Positions 26,145-38,609 of a stretch of 64,000 nucleotides of DNA are shown here, in pieces. Location: positions 50,220,001-50,284,000 of the forward strand of contig NC_043008.1 in the NCBI RefSeq assembly GCF_006345805.1, given 5' to 3'. Both the position numbers and the translations under genes were made by a program. Within the stretch, counting starts at the first letter, position 1; every line of letters starts with the position of its first letter. This DNA comes from Octopus sinensis. Lineage: Eukaryota. The notes under the pieces were generated by a model. The model had not been told where the DNA came from. It did not search any database and saw nothing but the letters and a program-made list of their open reading frames with translations.

Positions 26145-26240
26145 GCAGTTGAACTAATTTTCCAATCATTCCCCTTGGAAGCTCCTCAAGTGTTCCAACC
26201 TCTGCTTTCCCACATTTTCAAAACTACCTTAGAGAATAAC
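26145..26240 (+). CDS. IPO11: Importin-11 exon (AVELIFQSFPLEAPQVFQPLL...ENN)
   Basis: aaacag|GCA ... AAC|gtaagt; 96 nt. Confidence 0.9.
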
Positions 26241-26280
26241 GTAAGTAACATCACCTCCTTTCTCAGTCTGTCTGCATGAG

Positions 26281-26318
<38 letters not shown>

Positions 26319-27929
26319 TGATGATGATGATGATGATGATTGTAATGTTGTTCTGGTTGGTATGCAATCTGTCTGAGACTACATTATCAAATATGGCCTT
26401 TTTCTAAAAAAAATGTAAGGATGTGATCTGAGAGTGGTTTGGCTGCTGTTTTTAGCTTCTTGAATTGTTACCATGTGAAGGCTCCCTCATTAGCTTGAGA
26501 GAAGGATGGTAGGAATGTGTGTGTGTGTGTGTGTGTGATTAAACAGACTGAATTATTGTTGAGCGTTTTTCATTTGTTTAACGTGTAAACCCTTCAGCAT
26601 TCAGATCTCTGTCAAATGCAATTCTTATTTATTCATATTTTAAATTAAACATACATTATTTTGTAGCTTCGAGATTTCGATTATGTGATTAATTTATTTT
26701 TAGAATGACATTGCTGGGTAGGTATGAGAGGCTGGACCGGGCCAATTTTAACATAAGCAAAGAGTATTTGAGTCAGATATGGCCATTTAAATGTTTTAAG
26801 TGTCAGTGGAATCAATTATGTGTTACCAATGTTTGTCTTGACTGTTTACAAGGTTTGATTACTGTGATATCAGAATTTATTCCAGCTCTCTGTGTTCCGA
26901 GTTTGAATCACATCAAGGCCAACTTTGCCTTTTATCTTTTCAGGGGTTGATAAAAAAAAAAAAAGAAAAGGTACCAATCTAAATTGCTGGACTCGTAGAA
27001 TTCAAGAACATCTGATGGGATTCCATGGAGCCCCTATCAGGATTCCATGGAGCCCAATCTTCAGTCTCAGGATACCTTCCTCCCTCTTTCTTTAACAATC
27101 TCAGCGGCCCCTGTAAAAGCCTCTCTTCTTTGAACCAGTCTTGGAGACCCTGTAAAGGATCGTGGGCATTGCTTTGCCTCCTGACATCATCATTATCATT
27201 TAATGTCTGTTTTCCATGCTGGCATCAGTTGGATGGTTTGGCATGAGCTGGCAAGGCTAGGAGTCACACCAGGCTCCATCGCCTGTTTTGGCAGGGTTCT
27301 GCAACTGGATGCCCTTCCTAACACCAATCACTTTACAGAGTGCTCTTAGTGCTTTTCATGTGGCCCCATCACCAATCCAAAGATAAGGAAACAAATACCT
27401 TTATATCAGGCTGATATACTCATATGTGGAAAATATTGTAAATTTTTCAATTATAAAATTTATACAATATCCGTATGTCTATTTGCGACATGGGTCATGT
27501 TTCCCCTATGACTTAAAACGGTCAGACTCGAACAAAAAATCGTCCTTTAATTGCCATTTGAATGGAAATTTTGTTTTCACTATAAAACACATTACTATGT
27601 TTGTACCACCCCCTTGAGACCCTACTACACTTCAGCTGAAAAATATAGAATACCTCCTAAGTAATATAAACGTCTTAAATTCAGTGATGGTATTAATGAT
27701 GTTACACATTAATTTAATGTGTTAAACTTATCTTTATTAATGTATATCGAATTATACATGGATATATACAAGATTTACACAGATATAAGAATTAGAACTT
27801 GTGATCTGCCTGCGGACCTCTTCCTTCGGAAACTTTTGCCCACTGCACTAAAATCTGTCCCCACTCCTGCTTTATATGAAAAGAATTATTTACTGTGCCG
27901 CTATGAATGTTTATTTTGTCTATTTGCAG

Positions 27930-28043
27930 GAATTGGTTACTGTGCTATCAATGCAACTGTATATCCTTGGCCGTGTCCTTCTGCAGAATCAGGAGTATTT
28001 CTGGTCATTCCTTGCACAGGAGTCTGCTAAAATGGACAAAGAG
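27930..28043 (+). CDS. IPO11: Importin-11 exon (ELVTVLSMQLYILGRVLLQN...DKE)
   Basis: ttgcag|GAA ... GAG|gtaatg; 114 nt. Confidence 0.92.
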
Positions 28044-28107
28044 GTAATGTCAAATTTGAATGGTTAATTAACTGGAGGGGATTTTTAGGGGGCTGTACCT
28101 CTGAAAA

Positions 28108-28544
28108 ACCTAAACCTTGTGTATAATATGCACCTCTTCTCTAACTTGAGTCAAGGAGGTCTATATAACGTCTTGGTTTGTAAAAATGTATACGGTAACA
28201 TCCTTTATTATTATTATATATATATAACATAATGCAAACGTGTAGCTTTTTTGCGCATTTTGCTAGCAGAAAATAAAGAAATAACAATAATAACGTTTAA
28301 TAAATGTTGCTTACTGCAAGTTATGGATGATTCTTTTATGACTTCATTGCTTTCAGGCTTAGCTTAAGGTATTTTCGCGCCCGACATCACAAAATGCGTC
28401 TGAATAAACATTGCTGGACAGCAAATAGAGACTCAGATATTGCTTAGAAAATAGTTTTCATTTTTAACCTCGTATATAGTACGCACTAGGGATTTTGACC
28501 TTTAAATTTTGGGGAAAAAATGCGGATTATACTCAAGGATTTAC

Positions 28545-28548
<4 letters not shown>
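28108..28548. mobile_element. pogo/Tigger-like non-autonomous DNA element
   Basis: right end gcggattatactcaaggatttacggta followed by (TA)n; degenerate left end cctaaaccttgtgtataatatgc. Confidence 0.5.
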
Positions 28549-28586
<38 letters not shown>

Positions 28587-29051
28587 AACTGGCTCTCAAA
28601 TTACTTGTAAGCTATAAATAATATTGTGTAAATATTTGGTTGAAGAACCATTTGGGATAGAAAGAGTTGAAGGCTACCCATGGGATTCAAACCCACATCT
28701 CTTGCTGACCTGACAGAATAATGTTTCTAAAATGAGTAGAGAAATTGCAAGGATTGTGTTGATTACAACAGTAGAATGCTTGTCGTTTCCACCAGAGTGG
28801 TTGGTTCGTGTCCCATGGGCACCCTTTGACTTCTTTCATTCAAAAGGGCTTTTCAATTTTATATTTTACCTGCGATTATTTATAGCTTTATGTTCTTCGA
28901 GTGCCAGTTCCAAAAAGGAATAATTCCTCATTCTCTTGAAAGTTTATAAATTCACATGATGTCAACAATATGTATGCATGCATGTTAAATAATTCTTTAA
29001 ACATTTGTTCTAATTCTCTTTCCCTAAACGTACAATGTCATTGTTTTCCAG

Positions 29052-29173
29052 AGTCGGACATTACTTGGCATGTTACTGGATTTGTGGTTTGAGAAGATGG
29101 ATTCCATAACCAAACCTGAGCACCGCAAGTTATCAGCCCTGGCGTTGTCTTCACTACTTACCATGAACTTGAG
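29052..29173 (+). CDS. IPO11: Importin-11 exon (SRTLLGMLLDLWFEKMDSITKPEHRKLSALAL...)
   Basis: ttccag|AGT ... AG|gtttgt; 122 nt; matches MDNITQPERRKLSALAL. Confidence 0.92.
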
Positions 29174-29331
29174 GTTTGTCTCACCGTTTTTCTGTTCTTG
29201 TAACCCCTTGTACTAATGTGGTTCTGAGTTTGTGTGTGTGTGTGTGGGAGGTGTTTAACTCCAAGACAGTCATGATTGAGCAGACCTATGATCAAAAACA
29301 TTCAAGCTCTGATCTATCTCATCATCATCAT

Positions 29332-29558
29332 TTAACCCTTTCATTACTATATATATTTTGTGATGCTCTGTGTTTCTTTCAATTACTTTAAATATAACAG
29401 AGAATTTAGTAAAATAACTTAGTTATCATTCAGCTAGTGTTAGGAACATAAATTGTGACTAGGTTTGGTGGAAGATTTTAATTCAAAACTTTTGGAAACA
29501 AGACATTTGTACTCAGAGCCAGAGCCAGTTTCAGCTGGGTTGGTAACGAAAGGGTTAA
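29332..29558 (+). mobile_element. piggyBac-type MITE with a duplicated TTAA
   Basis: TTAA-ccctttcattac...gtaacgaaaggg-TTAA; interrupts catcatcatt|taacg..tttccatgctggcatgg. Confidence 0.8.
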
Positions 29559-30186
29559 CGCCTGTTTTCCATGCTGGCATGGGTTGGACTGTTTGACAAG
29601 AACTATAAAGGTGATACATGATTACTCTGGGTAGGAGAGAGATGATGGTGGATCTATCTAAAATTACATAATCTGATGTTTTGTTTTTCTGGGGTTTTTT
29701 AACATTTTGGTATGTGACATGGAGATTATCTGATATTTCTAAGAATTCCAATACCCATTAGCTTCAGTGTAGGTTCAATAGTTATACAGGCCCAATGCTG
29801 ACCACCACCACTTAACCTCCTTGGTTCCTGTCATATCTGATATTTGATTATTTTTCTGCTCTGTATCATTCATTCACCAGCTCTGTCCTTTTAGCCGTAG
29901 GTATTGCTCTACATTGTAGTGAGATGTAGCAATAACGTCTTTAGATATATGTTTTATTACAACTGGTGTGTTACTAAGTAGCTACTGATGTTGTGGATTG
30001 GCAAAATCTGTAGCCTGATAGACAAATTGCTTTGCAGTGTTTCTATATGCCCCTTTACATTCTGAGTTCAAATCCTGCTGAAGAACAAGAAATTGATTAT
30101 CAATCTTTTTAATCGTATTTTTAAAAATCTTAATTATCAGCTTTTTTTTTTCTTTCTTTCTTTTCCCGCCATTTCACTCGTTTCAG

Positions 30187-30282
30187 CCCTATAACAGAGA
30201 GATTTTCTGGAATCCTGAATGTGTGTGTTGAAGTTCTACATGACATTTGTCGTGCTGACTGCGATACGGGAAAGCAGACAGA
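30187..30282 (+). CDS. IPO11: Importin-11 exon (PITERFSGILNVCVEVLHDI...KQT)
   Basis: tttcag|C ... GA|gtaagt; 96 nt, phase 2/2. Confidence 0.92.
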
Positions 30283-30919
30283 GTAAGTTGGAGAAACTGT
30301 TTTATATCTAGTTTCACTTTTACTTTGCTATCTGTTAAGAAAGGGATTCCCTGTCTGGGATATTCACAACTTATTGAGGTGCAAGATGGTATTTCAGGGT
30401 GTGTGACAAAGAGAGAAAATATATACTTTATTGAAATCACTTTTTTTAATAAAATTATTTTCATATTTACCTGTGTATAAATTGCACTATTTTTACTGCA
30501 TTTTAACTTTGGTTTGGGTGTTGCGCTCCAGATTGCCAGATCTTGGGTTTGATTTCTGGACCAGGCATTATGTTATGTTCTTGAGCAAAACACTTCATTT
30601 CACATTGCATATTGTAAAAGATAATTCCAGCATTGACCATTCCATCTGAGTTTTCTTTTTTATTACTGTATTGCCTTGAGATGCTTCAATTTGTTGACAA
30701 ATAGCTAAAGGGAAAATGTAGTAAATCCACAAATGATGAATCTGAAGACCCAGTCTTCATCATGCAACAGTAACGATGCTGATGATGGGGATATTTTAAT
30801 TGTTGGTAATTAATGTGGTCGATTTAAAATGACAGGTACCAAATAATTACTGTGGAATTGTGGGGAAAGCGTTCCATGTAAAATGAATTGTAAAAATATT
30901 GTTTGTTTTGTTTTTTCAG

Positions 30920-31001
30920 TTGTCTTGTTATTGGGGAAGAAGAAGATGCTGAGAGCACTGAAGAAAACACAGATACAGAGCATGAAAAACGAAAGCAAAT
31001 G
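30920..31001 (+). CDS. IPO11: Importin-11 exon (DCLVIGEEEDAE...TEHEKRKQM)
   Basis: tttcag|T ... ATG|gtgagt; 82 nt. Confidence 0.9.
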
Positions 31002-31561
31002 GTGAGTTCAAATTCTGCTGAGGTCGACTTATCCTTTCATTATTTTTTGGGGGGTCAATAAAAATAAAGTACCAGTCAAGTACTGGGGTCAGTGTAATTG
31101 ATTTGCCCACTCCTTCTAAAACTGCTGTCCTTCAGCCAAAATGAACCATGACTTGAGGACTAATTGTTCTAAGTGTGTTTGATCAGGGTTGGACTTGGAA
31201 CAAAACTAGAACTCCTCAAGCTATATTGTGCCTGTCTTTTTTGCACTAAACTTTTCCTAAGCATTAACCCTTTCGTTACTGTATTTCTGTTGAGATGCTC
31301 TGCATTTCTTTCAATTACTGTAAATATAACAAAGAATTTAGTAAAATAACTTCGTTATCATTCAGCTAGTGTTAGGAACATAATCTCTCTCTCACATAAA
31401 CACATGGTTTCACTTAGTTATTTGACTGTCTGTCTGCAAACTGCAGGGTTGGTCTGGGATTTCCACTCACAAACCACTCTGGCACTGTTATTAGTGACCT
31501 GTCCAACAACATGTTTGCAATAATGTATCTGTCTGTAACCATTGTCCCTTTCTCGTTTCAG

Positions 31562-31720
31562 TTGTTGCGCCACGATCCAGTGCATGCAGTGTCTCTCAAA
31601 GAATTCGTAGTCTCACAGCTGACCATATGCCAGCAGCTCCATGGTCAGTTACTGTTTGACCAACTTATGGCCAACGTAGACAAAGATATACTCATACAGC
31701 TACAAGAGTTAACTTCCTGA
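31562..31720 (+). CDS. IPO11: Importin-11 terminal coding exon (LLRHDPVHAVSLKEF...QLQELTS*)
   Basis: tttcag|TTG ... TGA; matches LALKDPVHTVSLQQF...IVTQLQEF. Confidence 0.95.
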   Translation: MLRHDPVHAVSLKEFVVSQLTICQQLHGQLLFDQLMANVDKDILIQLQELTS

Positions 31721-32487
31721 ACCCCTGAACCTCCTCAACCCTTCACCACTACACCACACTGCTTATTAGCCATTTCTTCCACCCTACCCTTGTCTTCTGC
31801 TATCTTCTCGTTTTCTCCTCCTTTTTTCTGCTATTTGTTTTCTCTCCTTTCTTCTTCAATCTTCTCGTTGTTGTTGTTGTCCATCCCTTACTACGAATCC
31901 CATGCAACATAAAGCCCCCGTCTCCCCCCAAAAAAATGTTTTGTGCTCAAGTATGGCCACGGTCAAATGACTGAAACAAGTGACAGGTAAGATATGAAGG
32001 GTTTTTAAAAATTTTCCGTTTGAGGAAAACGAAGGGAAAAAGATATCTACATTACAACCACCACCACCACTACCACCCTCAACAACAAACAACGCAAGGT
32101 CAAAGAAGATCCCTTTCTTCTGCTAAGTCTATGGGGGGAAAAAATAAGAGTGGTGATAGTGGGGCAAATGAGAGGGTGGCGGTGGTGGTGATGATGGTAA
32201 CTTTGAAGCAAAAAGGTAATAGGGAAATCCAGTTTCTTATTTCCTGATTGTTCCACTTTACCATTTATTTAGGGAGTGGAACCATTTGGAAGAATATGAT
32301 GGAGTTCTTGGATGAACTTGGAAGAGTGGAAAACTGATGATAGGTGGTTTAGAAGTGGGATGAAAAAGTGTTGCTGAAATGTGTGTGTGTGTATGTGTTT
32401 ATATGTCTATATCTAGATATATTTGTGTAACAAATTATCTGTGTGTATATGTGTTTATATATACACATATATATATATGTATACGTA

Positions 32488-32537
<50 letters not shown>

Positions 32538-35474
32538 ATGTACATATACATAAATATACTTGTATTCATGCATGCATGAAGAAGTGGGTTTTAGAATTAT
32601 ATAAACATGTGTATATCTATACACACACATGCTTGTGTACATTCATATGTGTGTGTGTGTGTGTGTGTACATGTTCATAAACACAAACAATTATACACTC
32701 ACACATACATATATATATATGATGATTTAGCACAAAGAAGAAAAAACACCAGAGGGAATAAGTTTTAACAAAGCTGTTATTAATATAATACTTGAAAGGA
32801 ATGGGTTTTTAATGTTTCAGTCACTAGTCCTTCATCAGGAAAGGAGGAAAGGCAGTATATACATCACATGTAATTATGTAATGAATTTATATTTGTGTGT
32901 GTGTGTGTATATATACTCACTGGTAAGGAAATAATTTATTCTCAAATGCAGAATAATGCTAACAGAATAGCATAAATGGGATAAACTATATTTTGCAGAA
33001 AAACTTGCCAGCTGTTGATGCTTATCCTGTTGATGCTATTCTCTTAGTGTTATTCTGCGTTTAAGAATAAATCATTTCCTTATCTGTATCTTTCAATACA
33101 TCTCAACGCTTCTAAAGCAAACTTTGTTGACTTTCATCGTAATTTGAATATATATATAGAAATTAGTGTACAAAGAGGCGAGCCTTCACAGGTTGCCTAA
33201 CCTACGAGAAAGAACTGTTCTTTCTAGTATGTTAGGCAACCTGTTATGGCTCGCCTCTTTGTACTTAAATGTACACTAATTTTTATATGAAAAATATGTC
33301 TGTTGACTTTGTATACATACTAGGCCACCGGCAGAAAAAAAATTTCTATAATTTTTCCTTCCCTATATTAATTTTAATATATATATATATATGCGTGTAT
33401 GTATGTGTATATATATATATATATATTTTTTTTTTTGTAAACACCTATATATTTACATGTGTATGTATGTACGTACATTTGTCATTCAACCTCTGCTAGC
33501 ATGAAAAAAATGGATGTGAAATGAATGAAAATATATTTATTTTCTTTTTACACACATTTATGTATTTGTATGTGTATACACACACACATTCATCTACACT
33601 CATTGAGAGATTGTCCCAAATATCAGCTTCCATGAAAAGAGGAACTTTATTTTAATGAAACTCTCAATAAATGTTTAATGTCCCCGTTTAGATCATGGCT
33701 AGTTCTAGATATATTGATGTAACCTGCCAACTTCAATTGACTCCCCACACAGAAACCAATGAAATGGTGTCACACTTAGAGACCTCATTGGCCAGTCCTT
33801 ACACTCTTATTTGCCAGTCCACCTACTTGGAAAGATTTCATCTCATTCTGCCCAGAAAATGTAGCAAAATTTGATGAAGCAAATGTCTTGTTTGCAACGA
33901 CATTTTATGTTGTGATGGCAAAGGAACGTCACCTGATTTAGAGACAAGAAAAGGTCATAATAATGGATACAGATTCCTCCTATTACAGTATTACTACCAA
34001 AATATCTTGCCTAAGCCTTGACCCTTGGACTCAGAATAATAATAATAATAATAATCTATATTTTTCTGTGTTGGTGCCACATAAAAAGCACCCAGTACAC
34101 TCTGCAAAGTGGTTAGTATTAGGAAGGGCATCAAGCCATAGAAACGATGCCAAAACAGACAGCTGGAGCCTGGGGAAGCACTCCAGTATGCCAGTTCTTG
34201 TCAAACCGTCCAACCCATGCCAGCATGGAAAGCGGACATTAAATGATGATGGTCTATAAGACAGATTTCTTCTGGATCCTGACATTTGGACCATTCTACA
34301 TGTACCATTGTATGTAGGTATGTATAGACAGATGGATAAGTGGATAGCTGTATAGTTAAGTTTATTTTCAAACCACATGGTTTCAGGTTCAATCTCACTG
34401 CTTGGAACCATGACCAAGTATCTTCTATAGCCTTGGGTCACCCAAAGCCTTGTGTATAGGTTTGTTCACAGGAAACCTGTTGTATGTGTATATGTGGATG
34501 TGTTTCTGCCTCTCTGCTTTGACATCATGTGATGGTTGTAAACGAGTTCCACTGCCATATAAGCAGTGCCAATTGTTTTCAATCTCCAGTGGAAACAGGT
34601 GATGATTGGCACCAGGAATGGCGTTTGGCTATAGAAATTCTTCCTCGATTAATTTCATCTGGACCGAGCTGGCATAGAAAAATAGACATTAAACAGCTGA
34701 TGGTGATGATGATGATAGATATTGTGTGTGTGTGTGTGTATAAAGATTTCAAGAAGACAACCTGGCAGAAATTAAGCAATCACCTGTGTGTGTATATGTA
34801 TGTATTTAGGTGGCTGTTGGTTTCTTGTTATGGAAATTTTTAACGATTATTCAAGCCAATCACATAAAAAAAATTAGTGTTTGAATAATTTTTGAAAATT
34901 TCCTTAACATGAAACAAATGGTAGCCTTAATACACAAATAATCTTTATCCCTCAATGCAGTGTTGAGCACTCATTGTCCGATATGTATGAGTGTGTGTAT
35001 ATATATATATTTATATGTTTGTATGTGTAGAAACACATACATAGCTACCTTAGGTATTCTTAGCTTCTCTCTTATCAAAATAAAACTGGTGGATTTGGTT
35101 GTTGACCTGGTTGGGTCAGTATCGAAGCTGACAAAAATCCAACCTGACAAGGTAAACAGTAACAAGTTCTGAATGCCTTGCAGAAAACCTCTACAGTGGA
35201 TTTCGTTGGGGTTTTGAAAGTGTCTAGTAAATAATTAGGTCTGCTCAACCCCCTGAATATGTAAGGTGTATGTTAGCTGGTGCAATTTCATTTCACTATG
35301 TTTTTGGAAGCTACAAAAGTGGGTGACTTCATGGTTTTGTGTTTATGGTTCATTAATTTGTAGAAACCTGGTTGTTTTCAGCTTTGAAAACCCTTTTGTT
35401 ACCAGATTTCTGTTGAAATACATCCTCTTTAGTTCAGCTAATTAAAAAAAAAAATAATAATAATAATAAAGGCA

Positions 35475-35790
35475 CAGGCATGGTTGTGTGGTAAGAAGCT
35501 TGCTTCTCAACCACATGGTTCCAGGTTCAGCCCCTCTGCCTGGCACCTTGGGCAAGTATCTTCTACTCTAGCCTCGGGCTGACCAAAGCCTTGTGAGTGA
35601 ATTTAGTAGAAGGAAACTTAAAGAAGCCTGTCATATATATTTATGTGGGTGTGTCTGCATTTACATCTCTGTAACTTAAGAATAAGTACTAAGCTTCCAA
35701 AGAATAAGTCCTGGGGTCAATTGCTTCAACTAAAAACCCTCTGAGGTGGTGCTCCGACATGGCCGTAATCAGAATGACAAACAAGTAAAA
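35475..35790 (+). mobile_element. tRNA-derived SINE family A copy
   Basis: colinear with 12693-13043. Confidence 0.75.
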
Positions 35791-37309
35791 GAATAGAAGG
35801 ATAAAGGATTTACTGAAATATCTTGATCATTATGAAGCTGGTAATAGGGACATAAATTACCATGAAATTTTCATGGGAAATTTTTAATTCGATCCCTTAA
35901 TCCTCCAGGGTTCAGGTTATTCTGTTAATTGTAATAATGTTTTTTTTACTCAAATTGTTTTGAATTAGTCATGCATTATCTTACAGCTTTGAAGTTTTGA
36001 TAATGTGATGGTTTATTCTTTAGAAATGCTAAAGGGTTAATATAGAAAGTTTGTATCATAGAAGCAGAGGTGGTCTTGGACGGGTTGGTAGCAAAAGGGT
36101 TAAGCATAAAACTGGGGTTTACTCAAATGAAATTGCCACCTAAAATGAGTGGAAACTGTGTGATATGGAAATTGGTCCCCTACCCTATTGTGTTGTGTTT
36201 ACTGGTTGCTTTTTTTGTTGTATGTTGGGCGGTATTTTGATTGTCTTTGCGTTCTGAGTTCAAATTCTGTGAAGGTCAGCTTTGCCATTCATCCTTTCAG
36301 GGTTGATAAAATAAGTACCAGTCGTGTACTGGGGTTGAAGCAATTGATTGCCTCCTCTCTGGAAATTGCTGGCCTTCAGCTAAAATTTGAAATCATCATT
36401 ATTATTATTATTATTATTAAGGTGATGAGCTGGTTGAGCGTTAGCACGCTGGACAAGGTGCTTAGCAACATTTTGTCTGTCTTTACGTTCTGAGTTCAAA
36501 TTATGCCAGGATCAACTTTGCCTTTCGTCCTTTCAGGATTGATAAAATAAGTACCAGTTGTGTACTGGGGTCAATGTGTAATCAACTAGCCCCCCTCCCC
36601 CAAAATTTCAGGTCTTGTATCTATAGTACGAAGGTGTATTATTATCTGAGACAGCAAGGTGGCAGAATCATTAGTACAAAGGACAAAATGCTGAGCAGCA
36701 GCAGCAGTTCTTTACATTCTGAGCTCAAATACCAGTTGTGTACTGGGGTCAATGTCATCAACTTTGCCCTCCACCAAAATATCAGGCTTAGAAAGAGTTT
36801 GTTGTTAGCTTACTTAGTTGTGTAGTGTAGATGGAAAATGCATTGGAGTATTCGGTCATCTGTGAAGTCACACAACAGAGACATCTTGGGTGGATGCTGG
36901 GTTTATGGCAAAATGGAGAGAAAAGTACCAATTATTTAAAAAAGACTGTATTTGTTATTTTGAACAGGCGTGAGAGTTGGACTGATGGCACCATGCAACA
37001 ACTTCTGGTTTGCAGTAGACATTATGGGTGAAGTGTTCTACTGAAAAATCATCTCTGAGACACCAATACTTTTTTTTTTTTTTTATCCCCTCATAATCAC
37101 AGGAAAATGACTTTGTATGTGTCTTTAGATTGGATGAGGTGTTGTGCTAATGTTTCTATCAGGATTGAAAGTTTTGTGTTTCATTGCCAAATACACTACT
37201 GCTGTTTGTTTTAAGATAAACAAAGAAATTTTAGCTTTTTGTCTTCCACAAGGTACCAAAACTGTTTTGCATTTCAGTGGTTACTCTCTACAAATGTCTC
37301 ATTACTTGC

Positions 37310-37344
<35 letters not shown>

Positions 37345-37629
37345 GCTCATGTCTTTGTATCAACAAATAATCTTTTGTCATGTAAGGTCTGTTCTGAATG
37401 AGTATTCTAATAGCAGACATAGGGTTGGATGAACAGCTAGGCTCCAATGTACCCCTTTCTTTGTATCAGAGGACCAGTCCCTGCTGCACACTGAACAGGC
37501 AGTGATTAGTCTAGATATGTTACATTCTCTCTTCCTAACCAGCATTTTCAGGTACAACTAAAAGACTGTGCAATGCTTGACTTTATTTAAATAACACACA
37601 TGCATACATATATATATACACACACATGC

Positions 37630-37708
<79 letters not shown>

Positions 37709-38521
37709 GGGAGTATAACTCCAAACTTACAGGGAAAAATTCAATTCAGTATTAAATCAAATTTCACAGTATAAATATGTAAAATATGAATTAGAGTTGC
37801 ATAATAGTGGTTTTAGCCCTAATTCATATTTTATATATATATACACACACACATATGCATGCGTTTAGTATTAACTGTCTGAAGAAAGAGTACTCCATAC
37901 CATGGTCACAACCTGCCTGAAGATCTTGTGTGCCTACAGGTGAAACTCAGACGAGCGAGAGGCTGACTCTACTAAAATTACATCATTTTGGTAGTCATAC
38001 GTCCTCTTTGTGTTCATCTATCTTTGTTTATCATTGGGGGAGGGTGTAAAACAAAGACACAATAACAAATAAAATCGTCTCCATTCACTTTGAAAATGGA
38101 ACGAATAATGGTAGATTCATTGACTCCAAACTCACAGCCCAGAGCAGCCAAGCTTCCACCACCATGTATTGTATTTTCTGGACTGTCTACCTTCTATAAA
38201 AAAATACATTCATCTGCTTTGTTTGTTAGAATCAGGCACCTTTGTGTTTTTGTCTTGTGTTGATGGGTACAACTATGTAAGTACAAGTGATAGTCAGTGC
38301 ATTCTGGGTAGGTACGTGTTGTGGTTGGTCACTAGGGTGTGTTTTTTGTAGAACAAACAGGATTTTCAAGTGATTGCCAACAACCTCTGTTAACACAGGT
38401 CAATCTATGATAAGCATGATGTGGTTCACAGTTGACCATATCATCTGACCATCTTGGATCAGTGATGACACTATATATATATATATATATATAGGAAAAA
38501 AGCAACAAGAATGGATTAAAA

Positions 38522-38609
38522 TCTCGGTACGATCGTTTCGTACGAGGACATCTTTAATAAGCTACAAAAAATGCAGTGAATACAGATGGCTCGTACTCGT
38601 CAGCCGAAA
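38522..38609 (-). ncRNA. Type-I hammerhead ribozyme with palindromic minimal stem III
   Basis: minus strand: tttcgg-CTGACGA-gtacgag...ctcgtac-GAAAC-gatc-GTA-ccgaga; stem I 6 bp, stem II 7 bp plus a 5-bp extension, canonical core, GUA triplet. Confidence 0.85.

Noticed and set aside
27961-27968. ATATCCTT U12-donor-like motif
   Set aside because: Lies inside a coding exon (Y-I-L); homology continues through it
35045-35150. Exon-like segments on both strands
   Set aside because: Translations are not recognisable and splice signals are only moderate
36968-37027. Possible 60-nt plus-strand exon
   Set aside because: Weak donor (gtgaag) and no gene to attach it to
37915-37955. Hammerhead-like CTGAAGA...GAAAC
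   Set aside because: Stem II is plausible, but there is no GUH triplet or stem I partner; too decayed to call
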